From positions 1 through 36,933 of the forward strand of contig CAJARA010000032.1 in NCBI GenBank assembly GCA_903944295.1: DNA of 36,933 bases, written 5' to 3'. A model generated the notes under the pieces. It searched no databases and was not told the origin of the DNA. It saw only the letters and a list, made by a program, of their open reading frames with translations. The position numbers and the translations under genes were made by a program. Source of the stretch: an uncultured Chloroflexota bacterium. Its GTDB lineage: Bacteria > Chloroflexota > Limnocylindria > Limnocylindrales > Limnocylindraceae. This document shows, in pieces, positions 16,801 through 26,075 of this stretch; the first letter of the stretch is position 1; every line of letters starts with the position of its first letter.

Positions 16801-18417
16801 TCAGCGACGGACGCCACCACCCATGGCGAGCTCCACGAGCGTGGAGTGCGCCGCCCCAGTTGAGCCGCGACCAGCCCACGGTGCGTTGGCACGTCGATAT
16901 GCGGTCCCTGCAATATCAAGGTGTACCCACGGGACCGTGGTGAATTCGCGCAGGAAGAGGCCGCTGCGGATCAGCATCGCCTCGCGTGTCCCCGAGTTCT
17001 GGAAGTCGCCCGCCCAACTATCCATGTTCTTCATGTACGCGTCGGCGAGTGGATACGGCCAGTAGACCTCTCCGGCCCGGCGTGCCGCAAGGTGCGTCTC
17101 GTCGAGGAAGTTGGGATCCGTGCCACAACTCCCCGCCACCTCACCACCGAATGTTGAGTTGACGATGCCGGTCAGCGTAGCCACATCAACAAGGTGCGTT
17201 GCGCCAAGGTCGCGCTCGGCGAAATGCAGCGCGTCACCAAGGATCAGTCGACCCTCTGCATCCGTGTTGGTGATCTCCACGCGCTTCCCATTCAGCGCGG
17301 TCACCACGTCGCCTGGTCGCGTTGCGTGACCAGACGGCATGTTCTCAACGCAGGCCGCAACGGCGTGAATCACGCGACCGGGATCAAGCTGCGCCACCGT
17401 GGCGGCCGCCTCAATCACTGCGATGGCGCCGTTCTTATCCATCTTCATCTCTTCCATGCCGTCGGCAGGCTTAATGGAGATGCCGCCCGTGTCGAAGCAG
17501 ACGCCCTTCCCCACCATCGCGAGACGGCGACCGAGTGGATCCTTGCTCCGCGGCGCGCCGCCGGAGAGGACCACCATGCACGGTGGATTATCTGACCCGC
17601 GACCAACGGCGAGGAGCATCCCCGCCCCCATGCGCTCGAGCTCCTTGACGCCGATGATGCGCGCGCGAAGTCCAACGGCGCGGGCGCGATCGCGCGCCTC
17701 TTCCGCAATGCCGAGTGGCGGCATCTCATTCGCTGGACGATTCGACCAGCGCTTGGTGCGCACGGTGCCGTCCGCGATGATCTCTGAACGACGGACCGCA
17801 GCCTTTGCAGCACTCAGATCACAGCTTGTTGGGAGGAGGATCTCAAGAAGTTCGAGTGGCGCAGGGAACGCCTCCACGTGACTCTTTCCGTCGAGCCCTT
17901 CATGGAATGAGCCTTCAATCACGCCGCGCACAATCAACTCAACGGCGAGCACGCCAGCGTCAAGCCGCTCCTTGCTGCGCGCATCAATCCCTGCGCCGAA
18001 CGACGCACCACCGTTAGCGTAGAGCGCCGGAGCATCACCTTTCAGTGCGGCAACGATAGGAGTTGCGTCAATGGCGAGGCGGCGCACGTTGCGCCCAGCG
18101 AGCTTGCGCGTCACCGCCGCGGCCCAACGGAGGATCGCCTGGCGGTCGAGCGTCTCGGCGCTGCCGAGTCCAGCGAAGAGGAGCTGCTCGGCGGGGAGGC
18201 TGCCTGCTGGCGCCGTTGAGAAGGAGAAGCGCTTTGATGGGGCGTCGCCAACGGCGCGCAGTGCGGTGAGTTGACCGCCGCTGCGGCGATCCACCTCAGT
18301 CAGGTGCGCTGATGTTCCCCTCTCCGAGCTCCCCTTCCCGTTGATGAGTGGGATGGCGAGAAGTCCGCTCTTCGCAGTGGCGCCACTGAGGCCGCCGGCA
18401 CTGACCTGAATACGCAC
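16801..18417 (-). CDS. pepA: Leucyl aminopeptidase (M17 family)
   Basis: M17 signature NTDAEGRL (ITNTDAEGRLILGDAL), plus VGKGVCFDTGGISIKP and the AMKMDK-like MEEMKMDKNGA. Confidence 0.92.
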   Translation of the reverse strand: MRIQVSAGGLSGATAKSGLLAIPLINGKGSSERGTSAHLTEVDRRSGGQLTALRAVGDAPSKRFSFSTAPAGSLPAEQLLFAGLGSAETLDRQAILRWAAAVTRKLAGRNVRRLAIDATPIVAALKGDAPALYANGGASFGAGIDARSKERLDAGVLAVELIVRGVIEGSFHEGLDGKSHVEAFPAPLELLEILLPTSCDLSAAKAAVRRSEIIADGTVRTKRWSNRPANEMPPLGIAEEARDRARAVGLRARIIGVKELERMGAGMLLAVGRGSDNPPCMVVLSGGAPRSKDPLGRRLAMVGKGVCFDTGGISIKPADGMEEMKMDKNGAIAVIEAAATVAQLDPGRVIHAVAACVENMPSGHATRPGDVVTALNGKRVEITNTDAEGRLILGDALHFAERDLGATHLVDVATLTGIVNSTFGGEVAGSCGTDPNFLDETHLAARRAGEVYWPYPLADAYMKNMDSWAGDFQNSGTREAMLIRSGLFLREFTTVPWVHLDIAGTAYRRANAPWAGRGSTGAAHSTLVELAMGGGVRR

Positions 18418-18449
18418 TAGACCCTCCCTCTTCGCGCTACTCCTCCGCG

Positions 18450-19379
18450 CTACTGCGCGGAGAGCTTGCGACGCAGATAGCCGAGACGACCCCCCATGTC
18501 GCGCGGGGTGAAGCCGAACTCGCGTTCTACCGCATCGGTTGCCCCAATGTTATCTAGCGCCAACTGTCGCAACTGATCTGTTGCGACGGGGAACGGGAGG
18601 CGAATCAGCTCCGAAGCGCCAGCGACGAGCGAGATGAGCGGGACTGGCATCGGCACCACGGCGCGTCGCTTCCCAAGGGCACGCGCCACCTCTTGCGTGA
18701 TCTCCGTGTAGGTCCAGTAGCGCGGTCCACCGAGCTCATACGAACGGCGCACCGTTGATGGGTCACCGAGCACCTGCACGATGGCGCGGGCAACATCGCC
18801 GATCCAGACCGGCTGGAAGCGGCTCTTCCCGTTCCCTGGAACAGGGACCACGGGTGCTGGGATCTTGACGAGTGCCGCAACGATGTTGAAGAAGCCGTCA
18901 CGCTCTCCCCAGATGAGGCTCGGCTTCAAGATCGTCCAGTCGAGCGACGATTCGCGCACTGCGCGTTCGGCGCGCGCCTTGGAGTTGGCGTAGTGCAGAT
19001 CGGCGCGCTCCTCTACTCCGAGTGCACCGAGCTGAATGAATCGTGTCACGCCGGCTGCAGTTGCTGCGGCGAGAAGGTTCACGGTACCGTCCGTGTTGAC
19101 GCGCTCAAGATCCTTCCCGTTGTTCCAGTCGCGCGCTAACGCAACAAGGTGAACAACCGCCTGGCACCCTTCGAGTCCTGAGGTGAGCGTTGCCGGATCA
19201 GTCACATCGCCGATACGCGTGGTCAGTCCCGCCTCGCTCACACCAACGCGCTGGCGCAACGCGGTCGCCGCACTAGCGGTGCGTACGAGTGCCACCACGC
19301 TATGCCCCGCCTCAATCAGTGCGGGGACAACATGGCTCCCAACGAACCCTGATCCGCCAGTAACGAAGACTCGTGCCAC
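18450..19379 (-). CDS. NAD(P)-binding atypical SDR / NAD-dependent epimerase family protein (NDUFA9-like)
   Basis: N-terminal Rossmann motif VFVTGGSGFVGSHV and YANSKARAE (YxxxK). Confidence 0.8.
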   Translation of the reverse strand: MARVFVTGGSGFVGSHVVPALIEAGHSVVALVRTASAATALRQRVGVSEAGLTTRIGDVTDPATLTSGLEGCQAVVHLVALARDWNNGKDLERVNTDGTVNLLAAATAAGVTRFIQLGALGVEERADLHYANSKARAERAVRESSLDWTILKPSLIWGERDGFFNIVAALVKIPAPVVPVPGNGKSRFQPVWIGDVARAIVQVLGDPSTVRRSYELGGPRYWTYTEITQEVARALGKRRAVVPMPVPLISLVAGASELIRLPFPVATDQLRQLALDNIGATDAVEREFGFTPRDMGGRLGYLRRKLSAQ

Positions 19380-19424
19380 TAGTTACCCCTCTCTGCTACG
19401 GCTCGACCCCTCTATGATGCGCCG

Positions 19425-20063
19425 ATGAGTGGCGCACTGCTCGCGGGTATCTTCGCAGGCTATGCGATCGCCGTCCCCGTGGGTGTGATCGCCGTGCTGA
19501 TCATTGAGACGGGCATGGCGGGGGGACTCCGCCGCGGGCTCGCCGCAGGAGCGGGGGCGGCCACCGTTGACCTCTGCTACTGCGCGGGTGCGCTGGTGAT
19601 CGGCGGCCTGCTAAGCCAGGCGCTCACCCTCGTCTTGGTCCCACTGCAGCTGCTCTCTGGCGGCGTGCTGATCGCAATCGGCGTACGCGGACTCACCGCA
19701 CTCTGGATTCATCGCGGCGTTCCAACGGCGAATCTCAACGACCCCCGCGTGCGCGGTTCGGCGCGGCAGCTCTATCTGCGCTTCATCGTCCTCACCGCGC
19801 TGAACCCCGCAACGGTGCTTTACTTCGTCGCACTCGCCGTTGGGCTTCCAGGACTCGGGAGTGATCCGCTCCAGGCGGTTGCGTTCACGGTGGGTGCCGC
19901 TGGCGCGAGTCTCTCCTGGCAGTCACTCCTCGGCACGATCGGCGCCGCCGCCGGTCGACTCCTCCCAGAGCGCGCCGTTGTCGCGACGCGACTCGTTGGT
20001 CAGCTGCTGATCATCACCTTCGGTGCGCGCATCGCACTCGGCGCACTGGGGTTCGTTAGCTAG
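19425..20063 (+). CDS. LysE-family amino-acid exporter
   Basis: A hydrophobic protein of about 210 aa with six TM spans. Its N-terminus (AGYAIAVPVGVIAVLIIETG) is typical of the LysE/ArgO family. Confidence 0.7.
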   Translation: MSGALLAGIFAGYAIAVPVGVIAVLIIETGMAGGLRRGLAAGAGAATVDLCYCAGALVIGGLLSQALTLVLVPLQLLSGGVLIAIGVRGLTALWIHRGVPTANLNDPRVRGSARQLYLRFIVLTALNPATVLYFVALAVGLPGLGSDPLQAVAFTVGAAGASLSWQSLLGTIGAAAGRLLPERAVVATRLVGQLLIITFGARIALGALGFVS

Positions 20064-20880
20064 CGCGCAACTCCGCGGCGCCAAACTCCGTGAGGAGTGT
20101 GGCAAGTTCGGTCGCGTCGCGCGCAACACGTGTTGGCATCTGCGCGCCGGTAAGGCCTTCAGCGCTGGCGGTCACACCCGTCAACATCAAGATGGAGCGC
20201 ACGTCAGCCGCATGCGCTGATGCGATATCTGTTGCTGGTGAGTCGCCGATCATCAGCGTCTGATCTGCACGAACGCCAGCGCGCTCCATTGCGAGCAGGA
20301 GAAGGTCTGGCGCCGGCTTCCCCACCACCTGCGCCGTGACGCCGGTCGCCGCTTCGAGCGCGGCAACTGCGGCGCCGGTGCCAGGGATCAGCTCTGTTGG
20401 ATCCGGGTAGGCGGCGTCGCGATTCGGTGCGATCAGCCGCGCGCCGACGCGGACGGCGGCGGCGGCGAACTCAAGGTCGCGCGGCGTGCTCTCACGGTTC
20501 AGGCCAACGGTCACCCCTTCTGGCGCCCAGGCGGCGAGCGCTTCACGGTCGGCAAACTCCGCAGGGAGCCGCGCCGCAAGACCTGCCGCGCGCAGTTCGG
20601 CGGCGAGCCCCTCACTCCCGTAGACCAGGATCCGTGTCAGGCCGGCGGCGTGAAAACGCGCCGCAACCAGGCTCACCGCGGTCAGCAGCCCCTCGTCGCT
20701 GAAGGGGGCGCCACACGATTCGATCCGCGCGCGATACTCAGCACGACGGAGGAAGCTGTTGTTGGTGATGTACACGATCTGATCACCCGCGGCGTGTCGC
20801 TCGGTCAGCAGGGGTCCAACCCCTGGGACAGGGTCGGCACCTCGATAGAGCACACCGTCAAGGTCAAGGCAAAGGAGCAT
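20056..20880 (-). CDS. HAD-IIA family hydrolase (NagD/sugar-phosphatase-like)
   Basis: Motif I is LDLDGVLYRG, motif II is YITNNS, and the C-terminal motif is GDSPATDI. Confidence 0.85.
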   Translation of the reverse strand: MLLCLDLDGVLYRGADPVPGVGPLLTERHAAGDQIVYITNNSFLRRAEYRARIESCGAPFSDEGLLTAVSLVAARFHAAGLTRILVYGSEGLAAELRAAGLAARLPAEFADREALAAWAPEGVTVGLNRESTPRDLEFAAAAVRVGARLIAPNRDAAYPDPTELIPGTGAAVAALEAATGVTAQVVGKPAPDLLLLAMERAGVRADQTLMIGDSPATDIASAHAADVRSILMLTGVTASAEGLTGAQMPTRVARDATELATLLTEFGAAELRAS

Positions 20881-20886
20881 GGTGCG

Positions 20887-21387
20887 ATGGTAGATCAGGA
20901 GTGGAAGCTGCTCGGGCGAGCCGAGCGCGTCTTAGTTGATGGGAACAACCTTGTCGGCGGTTGGGATGAGGTCCGCCTGCGCGCCTATGAGACGGCGATC
21001 CACCGCTCACTCCCCGCCTCCGCCAAGCTCGAAGTCTTCCGCGACGGCGGCGGCCGCTCCGCCGATGACCGCATCATTGAGGCGGTGGGGAGACCAGATC
21101 CGAGTCGCGCCGACCGGATCGTGATCGTCACCGACGATCGCGAGCTGCGCGATCGCGCGCGCCGTCTCGGCGCATCCACCATCACCGCGCGCTACTTCCG
21201 CGACCGCATCGCCGCGAACACACTGGCGCCAACAACGACACGCGCAACTGGTGGCTTCGGTCGCGTCGCACCAAAGCCGCCAGCAAACCTTGGAAAAGAT
21301 GAGGGGCCCGAGGAGCGTCGCTGGCAGCCGGGACGCGGCGCAACCAAGAAGCGCGGCCCCTCTGCGCGCCCACCCCGCGGACGCTAG
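20887..21387 (+). CDS. YacP/Rae1-like NYN-domain (PIN-like) RNA-binding/ribonuclease protein with a basic C-terminal tail
   Basis: Start trimmed to ATG 20887 because the upstream part of the track ORF overlaps the HAD gene. Motifs present are VLVDGNNLVGGW, a RSADDRIIE-type acidic motif and IVIVTDDRELRDRARRLGA. Confidence 0.65.
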   Translation: MVDQEWKLLGRAERVLVDGNNLVGGWDEVRLRAYETAIHRSLPASAKLEVFRDGGGRSADDRIIEAVGRPDPSRADRIVIVTDDRELRDRARRLGASTITARYFRDRIAANTLAPTTTRATGGFGRVAPKPPANLGKDEGPEERRWQPGRGATKKRGPSARPPRGR

Positions 21388-21422
21388 GATTCTTCTATGA
21401 CCCGTACTGTTGTGGCACTTGC

Positions 21423-21902
21423 ATGAGTGAGATCGGCAGCCGCATCGCCGAGCTCATCGACGCACTAATGGGGTTCATCGCACTGATCGTCACCCCAGAC
21501 TGGGGGGCGCTGATCGGCCTCCTCCCCCTCTTCATCGTGCCGATCGTCGCCCTCTGGTTCTTCAGCACCGGTGCGGCCTGGAGCCTGATGGCGATCACCA
21601 AGCCTCGTGCCAGCCTTCGCCCCGTCGACGCGGCACCCCAGGCGGCCGAGCGGGACGCGGCAGGACTGCCGATCTACCCGGTCGGACGACCGTATGACGC
21701 TCGTAACGCGCAGATCTATCCGATCGGGACGCTCCGTTCACTGAGCGGCGAACCGCTTCAGATGGGCTGCCCAGGCTGCGGTGCGGTACGACTCGCTGAA
21801 CTGAGCAGCTGCACCGCCTGCGGCATGGAGATCCGCCTCCGCGGCCGCGTCCAACTTGCACGACCCGCCGGTCCGCCACCCGGCGGCGCAGCGCGGGCGT
21901 AG
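21423..21902 (+). CDS. Hypothetical membrane protein with C-terminal CxxC...CxxC zinc ribbon
   Basis: It has two hydrophobic helices (MGFIALIV...LLPLFIVPIVALWFF), then CPGCGAVRLAELSSCTACG. No family was recognised. It lies directly upstream of ccsA. Confidence 0.5.
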   Translation: MSEIGSRIAELIDALMGFIALIVTPDWGALIGLLPLFIVPIVALWFFSTGAAWSLMAITKPRASLRPVDAAPQAAERDAAGLPIYPVGRPYDARNAQIYPIGTLRSLSGEPLQMGCPGCGAVRLAELSSCTACGMEIRLRGRVQLARPAGPPPGGAARA

Positions 21903-21903
21903 G

Positions 21904-22851
21904 GTGGCGTCGCTCTCCTTCTATCTTGTCGTCGTTGGCGGCGTCGCACTCGCCACCGCCTTCGCTCTATTGATTACGCACCTGGTCTTGCTTGCCTCAA
22001 ACGATCGCGCGCTCCGCGCTCCGACGGCTGCGCCAGCTGGTGCGGCGGCAATCGCTGGCGTCAACATCAGCGGTCCGCTTGGGGAGGCGATCGCTGGTGG
22101 TGGAGTTGTGAACGCCGAGCGGCGCAGCAGCGTTGGTGATGCTGGCGCGGCGCTGACGTATGTCGGCACCGCCGCACTCGGACTCTCACTCTTCGCACGC
22201 GCACTCGTTGTTGGACGCGGTCCGTGGGGGAACCTCTATGAGTTCAGTATCGCCTTCGCATTCGGCATCTGCGCCGCAACGATCTACTTTGATCGCGGCG
22301 GTCGGCTCCGCGCACTCGGCGCTATCGCTGTTGGCGTTGCACTCGGACTCCTCGCCTATGCCGCAACACTTCCGAATGAGGTGGTGCAACTCGTTCCAGC
22401 ACTGCAACATCCGCTGCTTCTCACTATTCATGTTGGTCTCGCAATGTTGAGCTACGGCATCTTCGCCTTCGCCTTCGCCGCTGGCGTCGCCTATCTGATT
22501 CAGGGTGATGAGAATCGATTCAGTTGGCTTCCGCCAGCGAAGCGCCTCGACCAGGTCGCCTTCCAAGCGGTCACCGTTGGCTTCCCCCTCTTCGCCGGCA
22601 TGCTCATCCTGGGATCGATCTGGGCCTCCATCGCCTGGAGCCGCTACTGGGGCTGGGATCCGAAGGAGACCGCCGCCCTCGCCACCTGGCTCGTCTACGC
22701 CGTCTACCTTCACGCCCGTAGCCAGCGCGGCTGGCAGGGGCGGCCAGCTGCTCTGCTCCTCGTGATTGGCTTCGGCGCGGTCCTCCTCACCTACTCCGGG
22801 AACCTCTGGTTCAGCGGCCTCCACACCTATTCCGGCCTCCCCACCCCTTAG
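21904..22851 (+). CDS. ccsA: Cytochrome c biogenesis protein CcsA/ResC (system II haem handling)
   Basis: Trp-rich WWD-type motif WSRYWGWDPKETAALATW with flanking conserved His. GTG 21904 is chosen as the start because it lies immediately after the upstream stop; the track start at 21856 is also possible. Confidence 0.88.
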   Translation: MASLSFYLVVVGGVALATAFALLITHLVLLASNDRALRAPTAAPAGAAAIAGVNISGPLGEAIAGGGVVNAERRSSVGDAGAALTYVGTAALGLSLFARALVVGRGPWGNLYEFSIAFAFGICAATIYFDRGGRLRALGAIAVGVALGLLAYAATLPNEVVQLVPALQHPLLLTIHVGLAMLSYGIFAFAFAAGVAYLIQGDENRFSWLPPAKRLDQVAFQAVTVGFPLFAGMLILGSIWASIAWSRYWGWDPKETAALATWLVYAVYLHARSQRGWQGRPAALLLVIGFGAVLLTYSGNLWFSGLHTYSGLPTP

Positions 22852-22947
22852 GCAGACCCCACCCGCTTGGCGCCAGCCAGGCGCCAGCCAGGCGCTAGCC
22901 GGGGCCAAAACCCGTCGTTTTGTAACATTCACGCTCGGGGGGTTGTA

Positions 22948-22963
22948 ACACAACATACGCGGT
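22948..22963 (+). promoter_or_regulatory. Degenerate NrdR-box-like site (good left half only)
   Basis: ACACAACATACGCGGT matches the left half of the acaCwAtATaTwGtgt consensus. It is centred about 33 bp upstream of the stronger box. Confidence 0.3.
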
Positions 22964-22980
22964 AGTCGGATCGCTACCCC

Positions 22981-22996
22981 CCACCATATGTTGTGG
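22981..22996 (+). promoter_or_regulatory. NrdR-box-like 16-bp palindrome upstream of nrdJ
   Basis: CCACCATATGTTGTGG matches the NrdR consensus acaCwAtATaTwGtgt at about 13 of 16 positions. Six of its 8 symmetric pairs are complementary. It abuts the putative -35 element. Confidence 0.5.
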
Positions 22997-23004
22997 TTTG
23001 GGGC

Positions 23005-23033
23005 TTGACGCCACCCCGCGCGAAGCGTACGAT
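23005..23033 (+). promoter_or_regulatory. Putative sigma-70/SigA-type promoter of nrdJ
   Basis: TTGACG (23005-23010), 17-nt spacer, TACGAT (23028-23033). This predicts a leader of about 95 nt before ATG 23136. Confidence 0.45.
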
Positions 23034-23135
23034 CCGCCTCCGCACTGCAAACAGCGCGAGTGCCCGTACGCCCAGCCGTTGGTTGGGGAGACGGGAGGGA
23101 GGGACCCGTTGCCGGGTCAGAAGAGGGAGCGAACC

Positions 23136-26069
23136 ATGGCCGGTTTGGTGGACGCAACGAAGGCAGCCGCAAAGGGGCAGACAGCAAAGGCTGTTGCACT
23201 TCCGCTGGCGCCGTTGAGCTTCGATGGCAAGGGTGTCAAGGGACTCGCCTGGCCACGACGTTGGACCACCGCCGGTATTCATCCGTATGACGAGATTGCA
23301 TGGGAGACGCGCACCGCATCCATCGGCAACGAGAGCGGCAAGAGCGTCTTCGAGCAGAAGGACGTTGAGGTTCCCGCCTCATGGTCACAGCTCGCCACCA
23401 ACGTTGTTGTCTCCAAGTACTTCCGCGGCCATGTTGGAAGTCCTGAGCGAGAGACCAGCGTTCGACAGCTGATCGGTCGCGTCACCGGACAGATCGACGC
23501 ATGGGCTGAGCAGCAGCACTACTTCAAGTCTGATGAAGATCGCAGCGCATTTATTGCAGAGCTGACGCACCTTCTCGTCAATCAGAAGATGGCGTTCAAC
23601 TCGCCCGTCTGGTTCAACGTTGGCGTTGAGGCGCGACCACAGTGCTCCGCCTGTTTCATCAACGGCGTGCAGGACTCAATGTCCTCAATCATGGATCTTG
23701 CCAAGACCGAGGCGATGCTCTTCAAGTTCGGCTCCGGCGCAGGCTCCAACCTCTCCACCATTCGCAGCGCGAAGGAGAAGATGAGTGGCGGCGGGACCGC
23801 ATCCGGTCCTGTCTCGTTCATGAAGGGCTTTGACGCCTTCGCTGGCGTCGTGAAGTCGGGCGGCAAGACACGTCGCGCCGCAAAGATGGTGATCCTTGAC
23901 GTTGCACACCCTGACGTTGTGGAGTTCATCGACTCCAAGGTGAACGAAGAGAAGAAGGCCTGGGCGCTCATTGAGGCCGGTTACGACGCCAGCTTCACCG
24001 GTGAGGCATACGGCTCGATCTTCTTCCAGAACGGCAACCACTCGGTGCGCGTCACCGACGAGTTCATGCAGGCGGTTGAGTCCGACGGCACGTGGCAGAC
24101 ACGCGCCGTTGTGAGCGGCGAGCCGGTGGAGACGCTCAAGGCGCGCGAAGTCTTCCGCAAGATGGCGGAGGCGGCGTGGGTCTGCGGCGACCCAGGGATC
24201 CAGTACGACACCGCCATTAATGACTGGCACACGTCTTCCAACACGGACCGCATCTTTGCGTCGAACCCGTGCTCGGAGTACATGTTCTTGAACGACACGG
24301 CCTGCAACCTGGCCTCGCTGAACTTGATGAAGTTCGTACGCGAGGACGGCGAGTTTGACGTGGAGTCCTTCAAGTACGCCTCGCGACTGACGCTGTTGGC
24401 GCAGGAGATCCTCGTGGACAACTCCTCCTACCCAACGCCGAAGATCGACGAGAACAGCCACCGCTTCCGACCGCTCGGGCTCGGCTACGCCAACCTCGGC
24501 GCGCTCTTGATGAGCCGTGGCCTGGCGTACGACTCGGACGAGGGGCGCGCCTACGCAGGGGCGATCACCTCGATCATGACCGGCGAGGCCTACGTGCAGT
24601 CAGCCGAGACGGCGGCGGCACACGGCGGACCGTTCATTGAGTACAAGAAGAACGAGAAGCCCTTCCTTCGCGTGATCGGCAAGCACCGCGACGCCTCGTA
24701 CAAGATCCCAACGGCAACCCTGCCGAAGGATCTCGCCAAGGCGGCAACGGATGCGTGGGATCGTGCACTGGAGCTCGGCACGGCACACGGCTATCGCAAC
24801 GCCCAGGTGAGCGTGCTCGCCCCTACCGGGACGATCGCCTTCATGATGGATTGCGACACCACTGGCATTGAGCCAGACATCGCACTCATTAAGTACAAGA
24901 AGCTCGTCGGCGAAGGCTTCCTCAAGATCGTCAACCAGACGGTCCCAGAGGCGCTCACCAAGCTCGGCTACAACGCCGAGCAGGTCGCCGCGATCATCAA
25001 GTACATCGACGAGCAGGAGACGATTGAGGGTGCACCAGACCTAAAGGACGAGCACCTCTCCGTCTTTGACTGCGCCTTCAAGGCGAAGAACGGTCAGCGC
25101 TCCATCCAGTACATGGGCCACGTGCGCATGATGGCGGCGGCGCAGCCGTTCCTCTCCGGCGCAATCTCCAAGACGGTGAACATGCCAGAGGCTGCCACCG
25201 CTGCGGAGATTGAGAGCGTCTACCTGGAAGGGTGGAAGCTCGGCCTGAAGGCGATCGCGATCTATCGCGACGGCTCGAAGCGCTCGCAGCCACTCAACAC
25301 CAGCAAGAAGAAGGACGAGCCTGCAGCCAGCAACAACGTGTTGTCGGGCACCGGCGTCACGCGCCGACGACTCCCAGTGGAGCGCACGGCGATCACGCAC
25401 CGCTTCGACATTGGCGGGCAGGAGGGCTACCTCACCGTTGGTCTCTACGAAGACGGCCAGCCGGGTGAGATCTTCCTGAAGATGGCGAAAGAGGGCTCCA
25501 CGGTCAGCGGACTTGTGGACACCTTCGCCACCACCGTCAGCGTTGCGCTGCAGTACGGCGTGCCGCTGCGTGACCTTGTCAACAAGTTTGCGCACGTGCG
25601 CTTCGAGCCGAGCGGCTTCACCGGAAACGCGGAGATCCCGATCGCGAAGTCGATCGTGGACTACGTCTTCCGCTACTTGGGAAGCCGCTTCCTCCCAGAG
25701 TCTGATCGCGCGGCGCTCGGGCTCCAGGAGCGAGCGGATGGTGGACCGGTACTCGGTTCACTCCCATCAACGGTACGCGTTGGCGCAACTGCAGAGTCCT
25801 GCGGTCCAGACTGCACCTGCGGCAAGGGCGGGGGTGCGGCAACCGCCACAACCTCCGCACCGGTTGCGCTGAAGGCCGCGGCGCCGGCCAAGGCAACGGC
25901 CGCAACGGCGCCGGCAACAAGCGGGGCAGGCCAGGTGCTTGCCAGCGCAGGGCTCGGCTTCCAGAACCAGTCGGATGCACCGAGCTGCCCAGAGTGCGGC
26001 GCGATCATGGTGCGAAACGCAGCCTGCTACAAGTGCATGACCTGCGGCACCACCAGCGGCTGCAGCTGA
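23136..26069 (+). CDS. nrdJ: Vitamin B12-dependent ribonucleotide reductase, class II
   Basis: Start at MAGLVDATK, with GAGGGAG 7 nt upstream. Class II landmarks are NPCSEYMFL (active-site Cys loop), SACFI, the PTGTI-like segment LAPTGTIAFMMDCDTTGIEPD, and SKTVNMP. The C-terminal Cys tail is CPECGAIMVRNAACYKCMTCGTTSGCS. The length of 977 aa leaves no room for an intein. Confidence 0.95.
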   Translation: MAGLVDATKAAAKGQTAKAVALPLAPLSFDGKGVKGLAWPRRWTTAGIHPYDEIAWETRTASIGNESGKSVFEQKDVEVPASWSQLATNVVVSKYFRGHVGSPERETSVRQLIGRVTGQIDAWAEQQHYFKSDEDRSAFIAELTHLLVNQKMAFNSPVWFNVGVEARPQCSACFINGVQDSMSSIMDLAKTEAMLFKFGSGAGSNLSTIRSAKEKMSGGGTASGPVSFMKGFDAFAGVVKSGGKTRRAAKMVILDVAHPDVVEFIDSKVNEEKKAWALIEAGYDASFTGEAYGSIFFQNGNHSVRVTDEFMQAVESDGTWQTRAVVSGEPVETLKAREVFRKMAEAAWVCGDPGIQYDTAINDWHTSSNTDRIFASNPCSEYMFLNDTACNLASLNLMKFVREDGEFDVESFKYASRLTLLAQEILVDNSSYPTPKIDENSHRFRPLGLGYANLGALLMSRGLAYDSDEGRAYAGAITSIMTGEAYVQSAETAAAHGGPFIEYKKNEKPFLRVIGKHRDASYKIPTATLPKDLAKAATDAWDRALELGTAHGYRNAQVSVLAPTGTIAFMMDCDTTGIEPDIALIKYKKLVGEGFLKIVNQTVPEALTKLGYNAEQVAAIIKYIDEQETIEGAPDLKDEHLSVFDCAFKAKNGQRSIQYMGHVRMMAAAQPFLSGAISKTVNMPEAATAAEIESVYLEGWKLGLKAIAIYRDGSKRSQPLNTSKKKDEPAASNNVLSGTGVTRRRLPVERTAITHRFDIGGQEGYLTVGLYEDGQPGEIFLKMAKEGSTVSGLVDTFATTVSVALQYGVPLRDLVNKFAHVRFEPSGFTGNAEIPIAKSIVDYVFRYLGSRFLPESDRAALGLQERADGGPVLGSLPSTVRVGATAESCGPDCTCGKGGGAATATTSAPVALKAAAPAKATAATAPATSGAGQVLASAGLGFQNQSDAPSCPECGAIMVRNAACYKCMTCGTTSGCS

Positions 26070-26075
26070 CCCCGG

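Noticed and set aside
20650-20886. N-terminal 79 aa of the track ORF preceding the YacP-like domain.
   Set aside because: It fully overlaps the well-supported HAD-IIA gene on the other strand. The NYN domain begins right after the internal ATG at 20887.
22186-23199. 337-aa minus-strand ORF antisense to ccsA.
   Set aside because: It is a shadow ORF. The plus strand encodes the WGWDPKE CcsA motif and TM helices.
23136-26069. Possible intein inside nrdJ, which is common in class II RNRs.
   Set aside because: The 977-aa length is normal. The catalytic motifs are contiguous and no intein block A/B/F/G-like sequences are seen.
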